Shown here one piece after another: positions 38,655-48,212 of a DNA stretch of 64,000 nucleotides. The number at the start of each line of letters is the position of its first letter. Position 1 is the stretch's first letter. Below the pieces are notes generated by a model. That model searched no databases. It saw nothing but the letters and a program-made list of their open reading frames with translations, and was not told where the DNA came from. The stretch is taken from the NCBI GenBank assembly GCA_009995365.1, contig JAACPR010000001.1, positions 30,680 to 94,679 of the forward strand. Reading direction: 5' to 3'. The stretch is from Candidatus Parcubacteria bacterium. GTDB lineage: Bacteria > Patescibacteriota > Minisyncoccia > Phycocordibacterales > JAACPR01. Position numbers and translations under genes: made by a program.

Positions 38655-39704
38655 ATGAAAAAAGTATTTGTAGGAGTATCTGGTGGTGTCGATAGTTCTG
38701 TATCAGCAGCTTTACTAAAAGACCAAGGTTACGATGTAACGGGTGTTTTTATAAAAGTTTGGCAACCAGATTTTATAGAATGTAATTGGAAAGATGAAAT
38801 GCGTGACGCTATGCGTGTCTGCGCTAAATTAGAAATTCCTTTTTTGTTATGCGACTTAGAAAAAGAATACAAGGAAGGAGTCGTCAATTACATGATTGAT
38901 GAATACAAAGCAGGTAGAACTCCTAATCCTGATGTTATGTGCAACAAAGAAATAAAATTCAAAGCTTTTCTAAATTTTGCATTAGAGAAGGGTGCTGATT
39001 TTATTGCAACAGGACACTATGCACAAAAAAAAGAATTAGATGATTCATTTGGATTATTTGAATCTGGGGATAAAGAAAAAGACCAAACATATTTTATTTG
39101 GAATTTAAATCAAGAAATTTTAAAAAATGTTTTATTTCCAATAGGTCATCTAAAAAAAGAAGAAGTTAGAAAGATGGCAGAAAAGAAAAAACTACTAACT
39201 TCAAATAAAAAAGACAGCCAAGGTCTTTGCTTTATTGGTCATGTAGATATGAAAGATTTTTTGAAAAAATTTATAGACACTAAAAAAGGTAAAGTTTTAA
39301 ATGAAAAGGGAGATGTTATCGGTGAGCACGACGGGGCAGTTTTATATACAATTGGAGAAAGGCATCATTTCGAACTTTTCCAAAAAAATCCTAATCAAAA
39401 AAATTTATATGTGATTAGCAAAGACTTGGAAAATAACACAATCACTTTATCCGAGAAAAAAATAACCCAAGATTCCAAAAAAATTAAAATTGATAAAGTT
39501 AATCTAATTAGAGAAATAAGCGAGAAGGATGAAATTGAAGCCAGAATAAGGTATCGACAACCATTACAAGAAGGTAAGATAATAAAAATCAACAAAGAAT
39601 CAGTCGAAATAGAGTTTAAAGACCCACAAGAATCAATAACTAGTGGGCAATCGCTAGTTATTTACAAAAATAGTGAATGTTTAGGTGGCGGAGTTATAGT
39701 CTAA
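38655..39704 (+). CDS. mnmA: tRNA-specific 2-thiouridylase MnmA
   Basis: PP-loop 'VGVSGGVDSSVSAALL'; 'CNWKDEMRDAMRVC'; 'NPDVMCNKEIKFKAF'; 'ATGHYA'; 'KDQTYFIW'; 'GLCFIG'. Confidence 0.9.
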   Translation: MKKVFVGVSGGVDSSVSAALLKDQGYDVTGVFIKVWQPDFIECNWKDEMRDAMRVCAKLEIPFLLCDLEKEYKEGVVNYMIDEYKAGRTPNPDVMCNKEIKFKAFLNFALEKGADFIATGHYAQKKELDDSFGLFESGDKEKDQTYFIWNLNQEILKNVLFPIGHLKKEEVRKMAEKKKLLTSNKKDSQGLCFIGHVDMKDFLKKFIDTKKGKVLNEKGDVIGEHDGAVLYTIGERHHFELFQKNPNQKNLYVISKDLENNTITLSEKKITQDSKKIKIDKVNLIREISEKDEIEARIRYRQPLQEGKIIKINKESVEIEFKDPQESITSGQSLVIYKNSECLGGGVIV

Positions 39705-39721
39705 TGTTATAATACTTTCAT

Positions 39722-40198
39722 ATGAATAAAAAATTATGGGGAATTATAATATTTTTAATAGTTTTAACTTTTGCTTTTGTAATAACTTATAACAATAACA
39801 AGGTTGAAAAAATTGATGTCCAACTAGAAAGAGATCAAGCTAAAGAAGACCTAGTTGAGAGTCCTAAGACAACAATAAACGTAAAACACCAATACAATGA
39901 TGGTGTCCACGCGTATGTTGGATACTTCACAACACCTACTCCTTGTCATTTACACGAAGCGGATATTGTATATCCATCAGCTGAGGGAGAACCTTATCTT
40001 TTAGAGGTAACTTATGAAGCTAATCCTGATGAAATGTGTGCCCAAGTTATAACTGACAGAGAATTTGAAGTTTCTTTTGAAGCAGAAGAAAGCATTGATG
40101 TAATAGCGTCAATTAACGACGAAGTAGTCAATTTGAACATATTTGAGGTTCCTGCAAATCAATCATTAGAAGAATTTGAAATTCTTAATAAAGGATAA
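39722..40198 (+). CDS. hypothetical secreted or membrane-anchored protein
   Basis: N-terminal signal/TM 'LWGIIIFLIVLTFAFVI'; two Cys residues; unknown function. Confidence 0.4.
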   Translation: MNKKLWGIIIFLIVLTFAFVITYNNNKVEKIDVQLERDQAKEDLVESPKTTINVKHQYNDGVHAYVGYFTTPTPCHLHEADIVYPSAEGEPYLLEVTYEANPDEMCAQVITDREFEVSFEAEESIDVIASINDEVVNLNIFEVPANQSLEEFEILNKG

Positions 40199-40203
40199 TT
40201 AAA

Positions 40204-41043
40204 ATGACTGAAATAAGACTTGTATTAAAAGCTGATGGAACAACAGAACCTTTCGATAGTTCTAAATTAAAAAATTCTTTAACCAAATCAGATGCTTCTG
40301 ATGTTTTAGCTAATGAAATAACTGCAAAAATCGAGAAAAATCTTAAAAAGGTAACGTCCACAGATGAAATTTATAAGACAGCTTATAAACTTCTGAAAAA
40401 AACCAAGAATAAAACTGCGGCTAGATATTCAATGAAAAGAACTATTTTAGATATGGGGCCAACTGGTTTTCCGTTTGAAAAGTTTGTAGCAAAGATTTTT
40501 GCAGAAAAGAAATATAAAACCATGGTAGGTATAATGTTGGACGGCTTTTGCACTGATCACGAGATTGATGTAATAGCAGAAGATGAAGATGATTTATTAT
40601 TTTGTGAAGTTAAATTCCATAATGATTTAAAAACAAAAACAGATACCCGAGTTGCTCTTTATGTAAAAGCAAGATTTGATGATTTAAAAGAAAAAGAATA
40701 CGACTTGTTCGATAAAAGAATGAAGCCCACAAAAGGGATAGTTATAACTAACACTGGTTTTACAACTAGTGCAGAAAAGTATGCTAAATGTGTTGGTTTA
40801 GGAATGATTTCTTGGGATTATCCTAAAAAAGGTAACCTATACGACCTTATTGCTGAAACTAAATTACAACCAATTACTTCTTTGACTACGCTATCTAAAA
40901 ACGATAAGAAAAGATTAATAGAAGAGGGTATAATAGTCTGCAGAGATTTACTAAGCAATAAACAAATTTTATCTACTATTGGTTTAGGTAAAAATAAATC
41001 AAATAAAATTCTTACAGAAGCTAAAGAAGTTTGCTCATATTAG
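40204..41043 (+). CDS. ATP-cone domain fused to Mrr-like (PD-(D/E)XK) restriction-endonuclease catalytic domain
   Basis: ATP-cone-like N-terminus 'IRLVLKADGTTEPFDSSKLKNSL...'; nuclease core 'FEKFVAKIFAEKKYK', 'HEIDVIAEDEDDLLFCEVKFHN' (D...E-V-K). Confidence 0.6.
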   Translation: MTEIRLVLKADGTTEPFDSSKLKNSLTKSDASDVLANEITAKIEKNLKKVTSTDEIYKTAYKLLKKTKNKTAARYSMKRTILDMGPTGFPFEKFVAKIFAEKKYKTMVGIMLDGFCTDHEIDVIAEDEDDLLFCEVKFHNDLKTKTDTRVALYVKARFDDLKEKEYDLFDKRMKPTKGIVITNTGFTTSAEKYAKCVGLGMISWDYPKKGNLYDLIAETKLQPITSLTTLSKNDKKRLIEEGIIVCRDLLSNKQILSTIGLGKNKSNKILTEAKEVCSY

Positions 41044-41067
41044 AAGTATAAAGTAATATTTTATATC

Positions 41068-42810
41068 ATGAATTCAGAAGAAATACGAAAAAAATTCTTA
41101 GACTATTTTAAGGAAAAAGAACACGCAATATTGCCCTCGGCTTCTCTTGTGACACCAGAGGAAAAAGGAGTTACTAATTCTACGCTTTTTAATACTGCGG
41201 GTGTTCAACCTTTGGTTCCTTATCTACTAGGTGAAGAACACCCCCAAGGAAACAGGCTCGCCAGCGTTCAAAAATGCATCAGGACGATCGATATTGATGA
41301 AGTTGGAGACAATACTCATCTGACTTTCTTTGAGATGTTGGGGAATTGGTCTCTAGGCGACTATTTCAAAGAAGAAGCTATAAAAATGAGCTTCGAATTT
41401 TTAACTAGTATTGAAAAAGGATTAGGGTTAGATCCAAACAGGCTTTACATAACAGTTTTTGAAGGTGATGAAAATGCACCAAAAGATGAAGAGAGTTTTA
41501 ATATTTGGAAACAATATGTTCCGGAAAATAGAATCTATTACATGAGCGCCGACTCTAACTGGTGGGAAGCGGGTGAAAATGGTCCATGTGGCCCTGATAC
41601 TGAAATGTTTTATGATGTTAGTGGTAATTTGGGCGACTTGGATAAAGAAGCTTTTATGAAAGCAGACGAAGAACAAAAAGTTGTTGAGGTCTGGAACAAC
41701 GTCTTCATGCAGTTCGAAAAGAAAGATGGGAAAATAATAGGTAAATTACCAAGATACGCAGTTGATACAGGAGCCGGACTCGAAAGACTTCTTACGGTAA
41801 AAAACAACAAAAAAAGCATCTACGAAACTGATCTATTTTCAGAAATATTAGAAAAAATTAGAAATACAGATAAAAACAGAATTATTGTTGATCATATTAG
41901 ATCAGCTGTGATGTTGATTTCTGATGGTATTATTCCTTCAAACACAGATCGTGGTTATATTTTGCGTCGAATTATTCGTAGAGCGGTTAAAAATGCCGAA
42001 GATATAAATATTTCAGAAGTAGCAAAATTTTTCATAAACAAAATGGGCAATGCTTATCCTGATGTTAAGGAAAAAGAACAAGAAATATTAAAAACTATTA
42101 ATACAGAAGAAGAAAAATTTAGAAAAAGCTTATCATCTGGACTAAAAGAGTTTAATAAGATTTCAGATAAAAATATTTCAGGAGAAGATGCTTTTAAATT
42201 ATTTTCTAGTTACGGATTTCCGATAGAATTAACAGTAGAGTTAGCAAGAGAAAAAAATATTGAAGTTGATGTGGATTCTTTTAATGAAGAGATGAAAAAA
42301 CATCAAGAAAAATCGCGAACAGCGGCTGAAGGAAAATTCAAAGGTGGCTTGGAAAATTATGGGGAAACGGAAACTAAATACCACACTGCAACTCATCTAC
42401 TTCATCAAGCGTTACGTGATGTGCTAGGAGAGCATGTTCAACAAAAAGGAAGTAATATAAACGCAGACAGGCTAAGATTTGATTTTTCACATGACCAGAA
42501 AATGACCGACGAAGAAAAACAAAAAGTCGAAGAAATTGTAAATGAAAAAATAAAAGAATCTATACCTGTAAATAAAGTTGAGATGGATTTTGATGAGGCA
42601 GAAAAAACAGGAGCTTTACATTTCTTTGGAGATAAATATGGAGACAGAGTTTCAGTTTATTATATTGGAGACTCTATAGAATCAGCTTATTCTAAAGAAT
42701 TTTGTGGCGGACCACATGTAAAGAATACTTCTGAATTAGGAGAGTTCAAAATTAAAAAAGAAGAAGCTAGTTCCGCCGGGGTAAGAAGAATCAAAGCTGT
42801 GTTAAAATAA
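41068..42810 (+). CDS. alaS: alanyl-tRNA synthetase, compact form (catalytic, tRNA-recognition and editing domains; no C-Ala domain)
   Basis: 'HLTFFEMLGNWSLGDYFK', 'WNNVFMQFEK', 'DTGAGLERLL'; editing 'HTATHLLHQALRDVLGEHVQQKGS', 'CGGPHV'. 580 aa versus ~870 typical. Confidence 0.85.
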   Translation: MNSEEIRKKFLDYFKEKEHAILPSASLVTPEEKGVTNSTLFNTAGVQPLVPYLLGEEHPQGNRLASVQKCIRTIDIDEVGDNTHLTFFEMLGNWSLGDYFKEEAIKMSFEFLTSIEKGLGLDPNRLYITVFEGDENAPKDEESFNIWKQYVPENRIYYMSADSNWWEAGENGPCGPDTEMFYDVSGNLGDLDKEAFMKADEEQKVVEVWNNVFMQFEKKDGKIIGKLPRYAVDTGAGLERLLTVKNNKKSIYETDLFSEILEKIRNTDKNRIIVDHIRSAVMLISDGIIPSNTDRGYILRRIIRRAVKNAEDINISEVAKFFINKMGNAYPDVKEKEQEILKTINTEEEKFRKSLSSGLKEFNKISDKNISGEDAFKLFSSYGFPIELTVELAREKNIEVDVDSFNEEMKKHQEKSRTAAEGKFKGGLENYGETETKYHTATHLLHQALRDVLGEHVQQKGSNINADRLRFDFSHDQKMTDEEKQKVEEIVNEKIKESIPVNKVEMDFDEAEKTGALHFFGDKYGDRVSVYYIGDSIESAYSKEFCGGPHVKNTSELGEFKIKKEEASSAGVRRIKAVLK

Positions 42811-42815
42811 TAGCA

Positions 42816-43943
42816 ATGTTCAATAACAAAAAAGATACTTCAAAAACTTCAAAAAAAATCGATTTAATATTTGATATTAGAAATTCTAGCGCTGGTTTGG
42901 GAGTTGTTGAAATTACAAAAAATGAAAGGGTTATAATTTACACAAATAGAAGATATTCTAATCCTTCTGTAGTAAGAGATGTAAAAACTTTTGAAAAACA
43001 GATAGAAAAGATAACTGATGATTTAATCGAAGATTTCATTATTTTTAAAAAAAAGAACAACATTAGACAAATTCTTAATGTTAACTGTGTTTTCTCTGCT
43101 CCTTGGTATGAGGCAGATATTAATAACCTAACTTTTAAAGAAAATAAAAAAACTAAACTCACAGAAAAATATTTAGATCAAAAAATTGAAAAAGGTGATA
43201 TTAATGATGAACTAGAAAGTGTTGAAAACAATTTATTATCGGTTTCTTTGAATGGATATGAAACCGAAAATCCATTCGGGAAAACTTTTACGAGTATTGA
43301 GTTGAGTTTCTATAAAAGTTTTATAGATAAAGAAAACAAAATAAAACAAAAAATAGAAGATAAAATTAATCCCAATAAGCTAAATGTCCACACCCACCCG
43401 TTTGTAATTCTGAGTGTTTTGAGGGCAAATTTTCACAATGTAAATAATTTTTCTTTATTTGATATTGGTGGAGAAATGACAGAAATATCAATATTTAAAA
43501 ACTCAATATTAAAAGAACTAATAACTTTACCTACTGGTTTTAATTCAATAATTAGAAATATTTCCAAAACAACAAACGATGAGCAAATAACAATATCGAA
43601 AATAAAAATGTTAAATTTGAATCAAATAAATGATGACGAATTGTTAGAAAAAATAAACTCTAATATAGAAGCGTGGCTAGAGACAACCAAGAAAATATTA
43701 AATTCAAATGAAATTCAATTACCAAATGATTTTTTTATAGCCATAGATAAAGATTATAAAAAATTAATAAAAGATATATTAAGCAAAAAGGACTTTTATT
43801 CAATGATTTTAAATAAAAACAGGCAACCAAATATAAGAATACTAGACTCAATTGATCAAAAAAATCTAGCCGTATATGCAAAAAATGTTAACAGAGATCC
43901 TTTGATTTCAATTATTTATAATTTTTCAACAATTGAAATTTAA
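42816..43943 (+). CDS. hypothetical actin-like ATPase (ASKHA superfamily; PilM/FtsA-like?)
   Basis: 'IDLIFDIRNSSAGLGVVEI' (phosphate-1-like), 'FSLFDIGGEMTEISIF' (phosphate-2 'DIGGGTT'-like). Confidence 0.4.
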   Translation: MFNNKKDTSKTSKKIDLIFDIRNSSAGLGVVEITKNERVIIYTNRRYSNPSVVRDVKTFEKQIEKITDDLIEDFIIFKKKNNIRQILNVNCVFSAPWYEADINNLTFKENKKTKLTEKYLDQKIEKGDINDELESVENNLLSVSLNGYETENPFGKTFTSIELSFYKSFIDKENKIKQKIEDKINPNKLNVHTHPFVILSVLRANFHNVNNFSLFDIGGEMTEISIFKNSILKELITLPTGFNSIIRNISKTTNDEQITISKIKMLNLNQINDDELLEKINSNIEAWLETTKKILNSNEIQLPNDFFIAIDKDYKKLIKDILSKKDFYSMILNKNRQPNIRILDSIDQKNLAVYAKNVNRDPLISIIYNFSTIEI

Positions 43944-43968
43944 AAAAATCTGTTATTATATATAAGAT

Positions 43969-45267
43969 ATGGATAAAAAAAATATACAAGACGTTGTTCC
44001 GCCAACACAAAGAAAATCAATTAGAAATATTCCTATACCAAATAGGAGTAACAAGAACGGAGAAATTAAAAGGAACACTCCACCAATACACAAAAAAGAA
44101 GAATTTGATTTTGAAGAAAGAAACACCAGACCTAGAAAAAACAATATTAAAAAATATTTTATATTAATAGGTTCGGTGGTTACTTTAATTTTATTATTTG
44201 TTGTATTTTCAAGCTTTACTAGTGCAACAATAAAAATAAAACCAAAAATAGAGTCATCCACATTTGACGAGAGAATGGTTATAGAAGATTTATCAACAAG
44301 AGAGAATAATGAATCATTAGGCTATAGAATAATTGAATTAGCTAAAGAATCAGAGAAAATAGTCGAGGCCCAAAACGAAGAACTTGTTCAAGAAAAAGCA
44401 TCAGGGGAAATAACTATTTTTAACGAATACTCAGAAAGCAACCAAACACTTATAACAAATACTAGATTTGAATCAGAAGATGGAAAAATATATAGAATCC
44501 AAGAATCTATTAGTGTTCCTGGATATACAGAATCAAATGGAGAAATAATACCTGGCCAAATAACAGCAACTGTATATGCAGACGAAGAAGGAGAAGAATA
44601 CAACTTAGAATCTGGAGATTTCACAATACCAGGCTTTAAAGGGCAAGAACCTTACGACTTTTTCTATGCAAAAACAGAGACAAGTATAAGCGGCGGATTT
44701 GATGGAGTCAGGAGAATAGTATCAGACGAAGATATAGAACTGGCAACCACAGAATTACAAGAAGACGTCAGAAATAAACTACTACAAGAATTAAACGAAC
44801 AAATAACAGAAGAATTCTATATTCATCAAGATGGAGATTCTTTTTCTTTTGATAATATAGAACAAGAACAAATAGAAAACAGTGAAAATGTTAAATTAAA
44901 ACTTAGAGGAAAAATATCAGCAAAAATATTTAACAAAGTGGATATATCAAATAAAATAGCAGATAATATATTTGCCAATTATTTCTCAAATGAAAATACT
45001 CTGATTGAAAATTTTGAAAATATTGAATTTTCAATTTCAGAAAATGATCTTTCTGAGATGTTAAACGCTTCAGGAAATTCTAATTTCATTTGGCAAGTTG
45101 ATGAAAACAAACTAAAAGAAGACTTGATAGGAATAGAAAAAAACCTTCTTTCTACTGTAATGCAAGACTATACTGAAATCCAAACAGCAGAAGCAGTAAT
45201 CAAACCATTCTGGGTTTCTAGCTTCCCACAAGAAAAGAAAAAGATAAAAGTTGAAATTGTTAGGTAA
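43969..45267 (+). CDS. hypothetical bitopic membrane protein with large acidic extracytoplasmic domain
   Basis: Basic N-terminus, one TM 'YFILIGSVVTLILLFVVF', ~350-aa D/E-rich C-terminal domain. Confidence 0.4.
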   Translation: MDKKNIQDVVPPTQRKSIRNIPIPNRSNKNGEIKRNTPPIHKKEEFDFEERNTRPRKNNIKKYFILIGSVVTLILLFVVFSSFTSATIKIKPKIESSTFDERMVIEDLSTRENNESLGYRIIELAKESEKIVEAQNEELVQEKASGEITIFNEYSESNQTLITNTRFESEDGKIYRIQESISVPGYTESNGEIIPGQITATVYADEEGEEYNLESGDFTIPGFKGQEPYDFFYAKTETSISGGFDGVRRIVSDEDIELATTELQEDVRNKLLQELNEQITEEFYIHQDGDSFSFDNIEQEQIENSENVKLKLRGKISAKIFNKVDISNKIADNIFANYFSNENTLIENFENIEFSISENDLSEMLNASGNSNFIWQVDENKLKEDLIGIEKNLLSTVMQDYTEIQTAEAVIKPFWVSSFPQEKKKIKVEIVR

Positions 45268-45316
45268 TTTTATTGACATAATGTTTTACTCTGATAGTAT
45301 ATAAACTCGTAATTTA

Positions 45317-45538
45317 ATGAATAGTTCAAACAAACAAGAAGAACAAGTAGAAGGAGTTGTAACGGAAGCTCTACCCGAGGCCATGTTCAAAGTTTTGATT
45401 GATGGCGCGGAAGAAGAGGTCCTTGCATACTTGGCTGGAAAAATGAGGATGTATAGAATCCGCGTTTTGGTCGGAGACAGAGTTCTACTTAAAACAGACC
45501 CTTACGGAGGTAAGGCTATAATTTATAAAAGAATTTAA
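45317..45538 (+). CDS. infA: translation initiation factor IF-1
   Basis: S1-like OB fold '[59 protein letters not shown]'. Confidence 0.88.
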   Translation: MNSSNKQEEQVEGVVTEALPEAMFKVLIDGAEEEVLAYLAGKMRMYRIRVLVGDRVLLKTDPYGGKAIIYKRI

Positions 45539-45540
45539 AC

Positions 45541-45654
45541 ATGAAAGTAAAATCATCAGTAAAAAAGAAATGTCCAAATTGTAAAACTGTTCGCAGGAAG
45601 GGTAAGCTTTATGTTGTCTGCTCAAATCCTAGACATAAACAAAGACAAGGATAA
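45541..45654 (+). CDS. rpmJ: 50S ribosomal protein L36 (not in the supplied ORF track; 37 aa)
   Basis: Translation '[37 protein letters not shown]' (C-x2-C...C-x4-H Zn ribbon), between infA and rpsM. Confidence 0.9.
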   Translation: MKVKSSVKKKCPNCKTVRRKGKLYVVCSNPRHKQRQG

Positions 45655-45700
45655 CTCGCTTTACTTTTTAAACTATATTTGATAAATTTTCACCCACTAT

Positions 45701-46081
45701 ATGAGATTATTAGGAATAACTTTACCAGACGAAAAAAGACTAGAGATTGCTCTAACGGTTGTTTATGGTATCGGAAGAAAAAAAGCAAAAGAAATTTTAG
45801 TCAATGCAAAAGTCGATCACGGTAAAAAAGCAAAAGACGTAACACAAGCAGAAGAAACTAAAATAAGAAACGAAGTTGAAAAATTAAAATTAGAAGGTGA
45901 CCTTAAAAGAGAAATATCTGGTAACATCAAAAGACTAAAAGATATCCAGGCATACAGAGGATCAAGACATGCAAAAAGACTACCTTCACGCGGACAAAGA
46001 TCAAAAACAAATTCCAGAACAGTCAGAGGTAATGTTAGAAAAACTATGGGATCTGGTAAGAGATCAGTTGAAAAGAAATAA
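45701..46081 (+). CDS. rpsM: 30S ribosomal protein S13
   Basis: 'ALTVVYGIGRKKAKEIL', 'LEGDLKREISGNIKRLKDIQAYRGSRH'. Confidence 0.9.
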   Translation: MRLLGITLPDEKRLEIALTVVYGIGRKKAKEILVNAKVDHGKKAKDVTQAEETKIRNEVEKLKLEGDLKREISGNIKRLKDIQAYRGSRHAKRLPSRGQRSKTNSRTVRGNVRKTMGSGKRSVEKK

Positions 46082-46090
46082 TAATTAACT

Positions 46091-46519
46091 ATGGGAAAGA
46101 AACGTATTATAAAAAAAGGAGGTGACGACGTAGCAAAAAAAGCTTCATCATCAAAAAAAATCTCAAGAAAAAAACTTGAAAGTGGCATTTTATATGTTAG
46201 ATCAACATATAACAACACAACACTTGCACTTACTGACATGAAAGGAAACCTTGTAGCTTCATCATCTAGTGGATCTCTAGGTTTTAGAGGTGCCAAAAAA
46301 GGAACTCCATTTGCTGCTGCACAAGCCGCTGATGTTCTTGTTGAAAAAGCTGAACAAGCAGGACTTAAAAAAATTGATGTTATTGTAAAGGGTGTAGGTT
46401 CTGGTAGAGAATCTTCTATTAGAAGTTTTATTAATAAAGGTATAAATATCAACAAGATAACTGATATGACACCGGTGCCGCATAACGGCCCAACACCACG
46501 TAAACCAAGAAGAGTATAG
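46091..46519 (+). CDS. rpsK: 30S ribosomal protein S11
   Basis: 'ILYVRSTYNNTTLALTDMKGNLVASSSSGSLGFRGAKKGTPFAAAQAA', 'VKGVGSGRESSIRSF'. Confidence 0.92.
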   Translation: MGKKRIIKKGGDDVAKKASSSKKISRKKLESGILYVRSTYNNTTLALTDMKGNLVASSSSGSLGFRGAKKGTPFAAAQAADVLVEKAEQAGLKKIDVIVKGVGSGRESSIRSFINKGININKITDMTPVPHNGPTPRKPRRV

Positions 46520-46523
46520 TATT

Positions 46524-47132
46524 ATGAAAATAGGACCAAAATACAAAATTGCAAGAAGATTAGGTAGATCAGTTTTTGAAAAAACACAAACTGCTAAATT
46601 TGCTTTATCTGCAGAAAAAAGAAATGCTAACGTAGAAGGAATTAGATCTAGATCAAACTACGGATCACAATTATTAGAAAAACAAAAAGCTAGATTTACA
46701 TACGGAATTACAAATACACAACTAGGGAAATATGCTTATCAAGTAATTGATTCTAAAGTTAAAAATCCAGAAGAAATGTTATTTATTAATCTTGAAAAAA
46801 GACTAGACAACACAGTTCTAAGATCAGGATTTGCAACAACAAGAAGACAAGCAAGACAACTAGTTTCTCATGGTCACATAAAAGTTAACGGTGTTAAAAA
46901 CAAAATTCCATCATACTCTGTAAAAGAAGGTGATATCATTGAAGTCAAAGAAAGTAGCAGAGATAAATCAATTTTTGTTGATTTAGATGATAGAATAAAA
47001 GATCTAAACATCCCATCTTGGCTTAAAGTTGACCATAAAAATTTCAAAACAACAATAAACGGAAACCCAACTTACAACACCAAAGAAACTCATTTTAACC
47101 TAGGAGAAGTTCTTCAATTCTACAAACGTTAG
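46524..47132 (+). CDS. rpsD: 30S ribosomal protein S4
   Basis: 'RLDNTVLRSGFATTRRQARQLVSHGHIKVNGVKNKIPSYSVKEGDIIEV' (S4 domain). Confidence 0.92.
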   Translation: MKIGPKYKIARRLGRSVFEKTQTAKFALSAEKRNANVEGIRSRSNYGSQLLEKQKARFTYGITNTQLGKYAYQVIDSKVKNPEEMLFINLEKRLDNTVLRSGFATTRRQARQLVSHGHIKVNGVKNKIPSYSVKEGDIIEVKESSRDKSIFVDLDDRIKDLNIPSWLKVDHKNFKTTINGNPTYNTKETHFNLGEVLQFYKR

Positions 47133-47208
47133 TAATAGCTATCTTGTCTAGGATTGAAAAAGTTGGTATAATTCAACAACATTTTATAAGTTTAACCAAA
47201 TAATAAAA

Positions 47209-48171
47209 ATGACAGACCATAATATTGCTTTGCCATCAAAGCCAAAAGTCGTAACGGAAGAAGGGTTCAAAGGTGTGTATGAAATCGACGGTTTATATCC
47301 TGGTTATGGTCACACTTTGGGCAATTCATTAAGAAGAATCATTCTGTCATCTTTACCTGGTGCTGCTATTGTGCAGTTAAAAGTTAAAGGTGTCGGCCAT
47401 GAATTCACAACAATAGAAGGAGTTAAAGAAGATGTTATATCTATAATTCTTTCTCTTAAAAAAATTAGATTATCTCTAGAAGGAGACGAAGAGCAAATTC
47501 TAAAGATAAAAGTTAAAGGACCTAAAACTGTTACAGCAAAAGATATTGAAGTTCCTAGTCAGGTAAAAATAATGAATCCTGATCAAGAACTTTTTACAAT
47601 TACTGATAAAAATAAAGAAGTTGAAATGGAATTACTTGTCCAAAAAGGGTTAGGTTACGTTCCAAAAGAAGTTATCCAAAAAGACAGAGTTGATGTTGGA
47701 ACAATTTCAATGGACGGTATTTTTACTCCAATCAGAAGAGTTAATTACGAATCTGAAAATATGCGTGTTGGCGACAGAACTGACTTCAACAGACTAAGGA
47801 TTTCTATTGAAACAGATGGAACTATAACTCCTAAAGAGGCACTAGAGAGATCAATTGAAATTATGATTACCCAAATCAAAGCTATTATAGGTTTTAAAGA
47901 AGAAATTGAAATAGAAGTGCCAGAAGTTGAAGAAGTTAAAAAAACAGTCAAAGAAAAAGATACCAAGGTAGAAGATTTTTTGAAAACTAGAGTCGAAGAT
48001 CTAAATCTATCTCCAAGAACAATTAATGCACTTGAAAATGCAAATATTAGAACTGTTGGTGGTCTAGCTAGAAAAAAAGAAGAGGGAATCTTGGATATTG
48101 AAGGCTTGGGAAACAAAGGCCTACAAGAAATCAAAAAATTATTAGGTGAACACGGTATAACCCTTGATTAA
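47209..48171 (+). CDS. rpoA: DNA-directed RNA polymerase alpha subunit
   Basis: 'GYGHTLGNSLRRIILSSLPGAAI', C-terminal domain 'LNLSPRTINALENANIRTVGGL'. Confidence 0.92.
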   Translation: MTDHNIALPSKPKVVTEEGFKGVYEIDGLYPGYGHTLGNSLRRIILSSLPGAAIVQLKVKGVGHEFTTIEGVKEDVISIILSLKKIRLSLEGDEEQILKIKVKGPKTVTAKDIEVPSQVKIMNPDQELFTITDKNKEVEMELLVQKGLGYVPKEVIQKDRVDVGTISMDGIFTPIRRVNYESENMRVGDRTDFNRLRISIETDGTITPKEALERSIEIMITQIKAIIGFKEEIEIEVPEVEEVKKTVKEKDTKVEDFLKTRVEDLNLSPRTINALENANIRTVGGLARKKEEGILDIEGLGNKGLQEIKKLLGEHGITLD

Positions 48172-48212
48172 GGGCTTTACAAAAATGAATTAAACTGATA
48201 GTCTTATCAACC

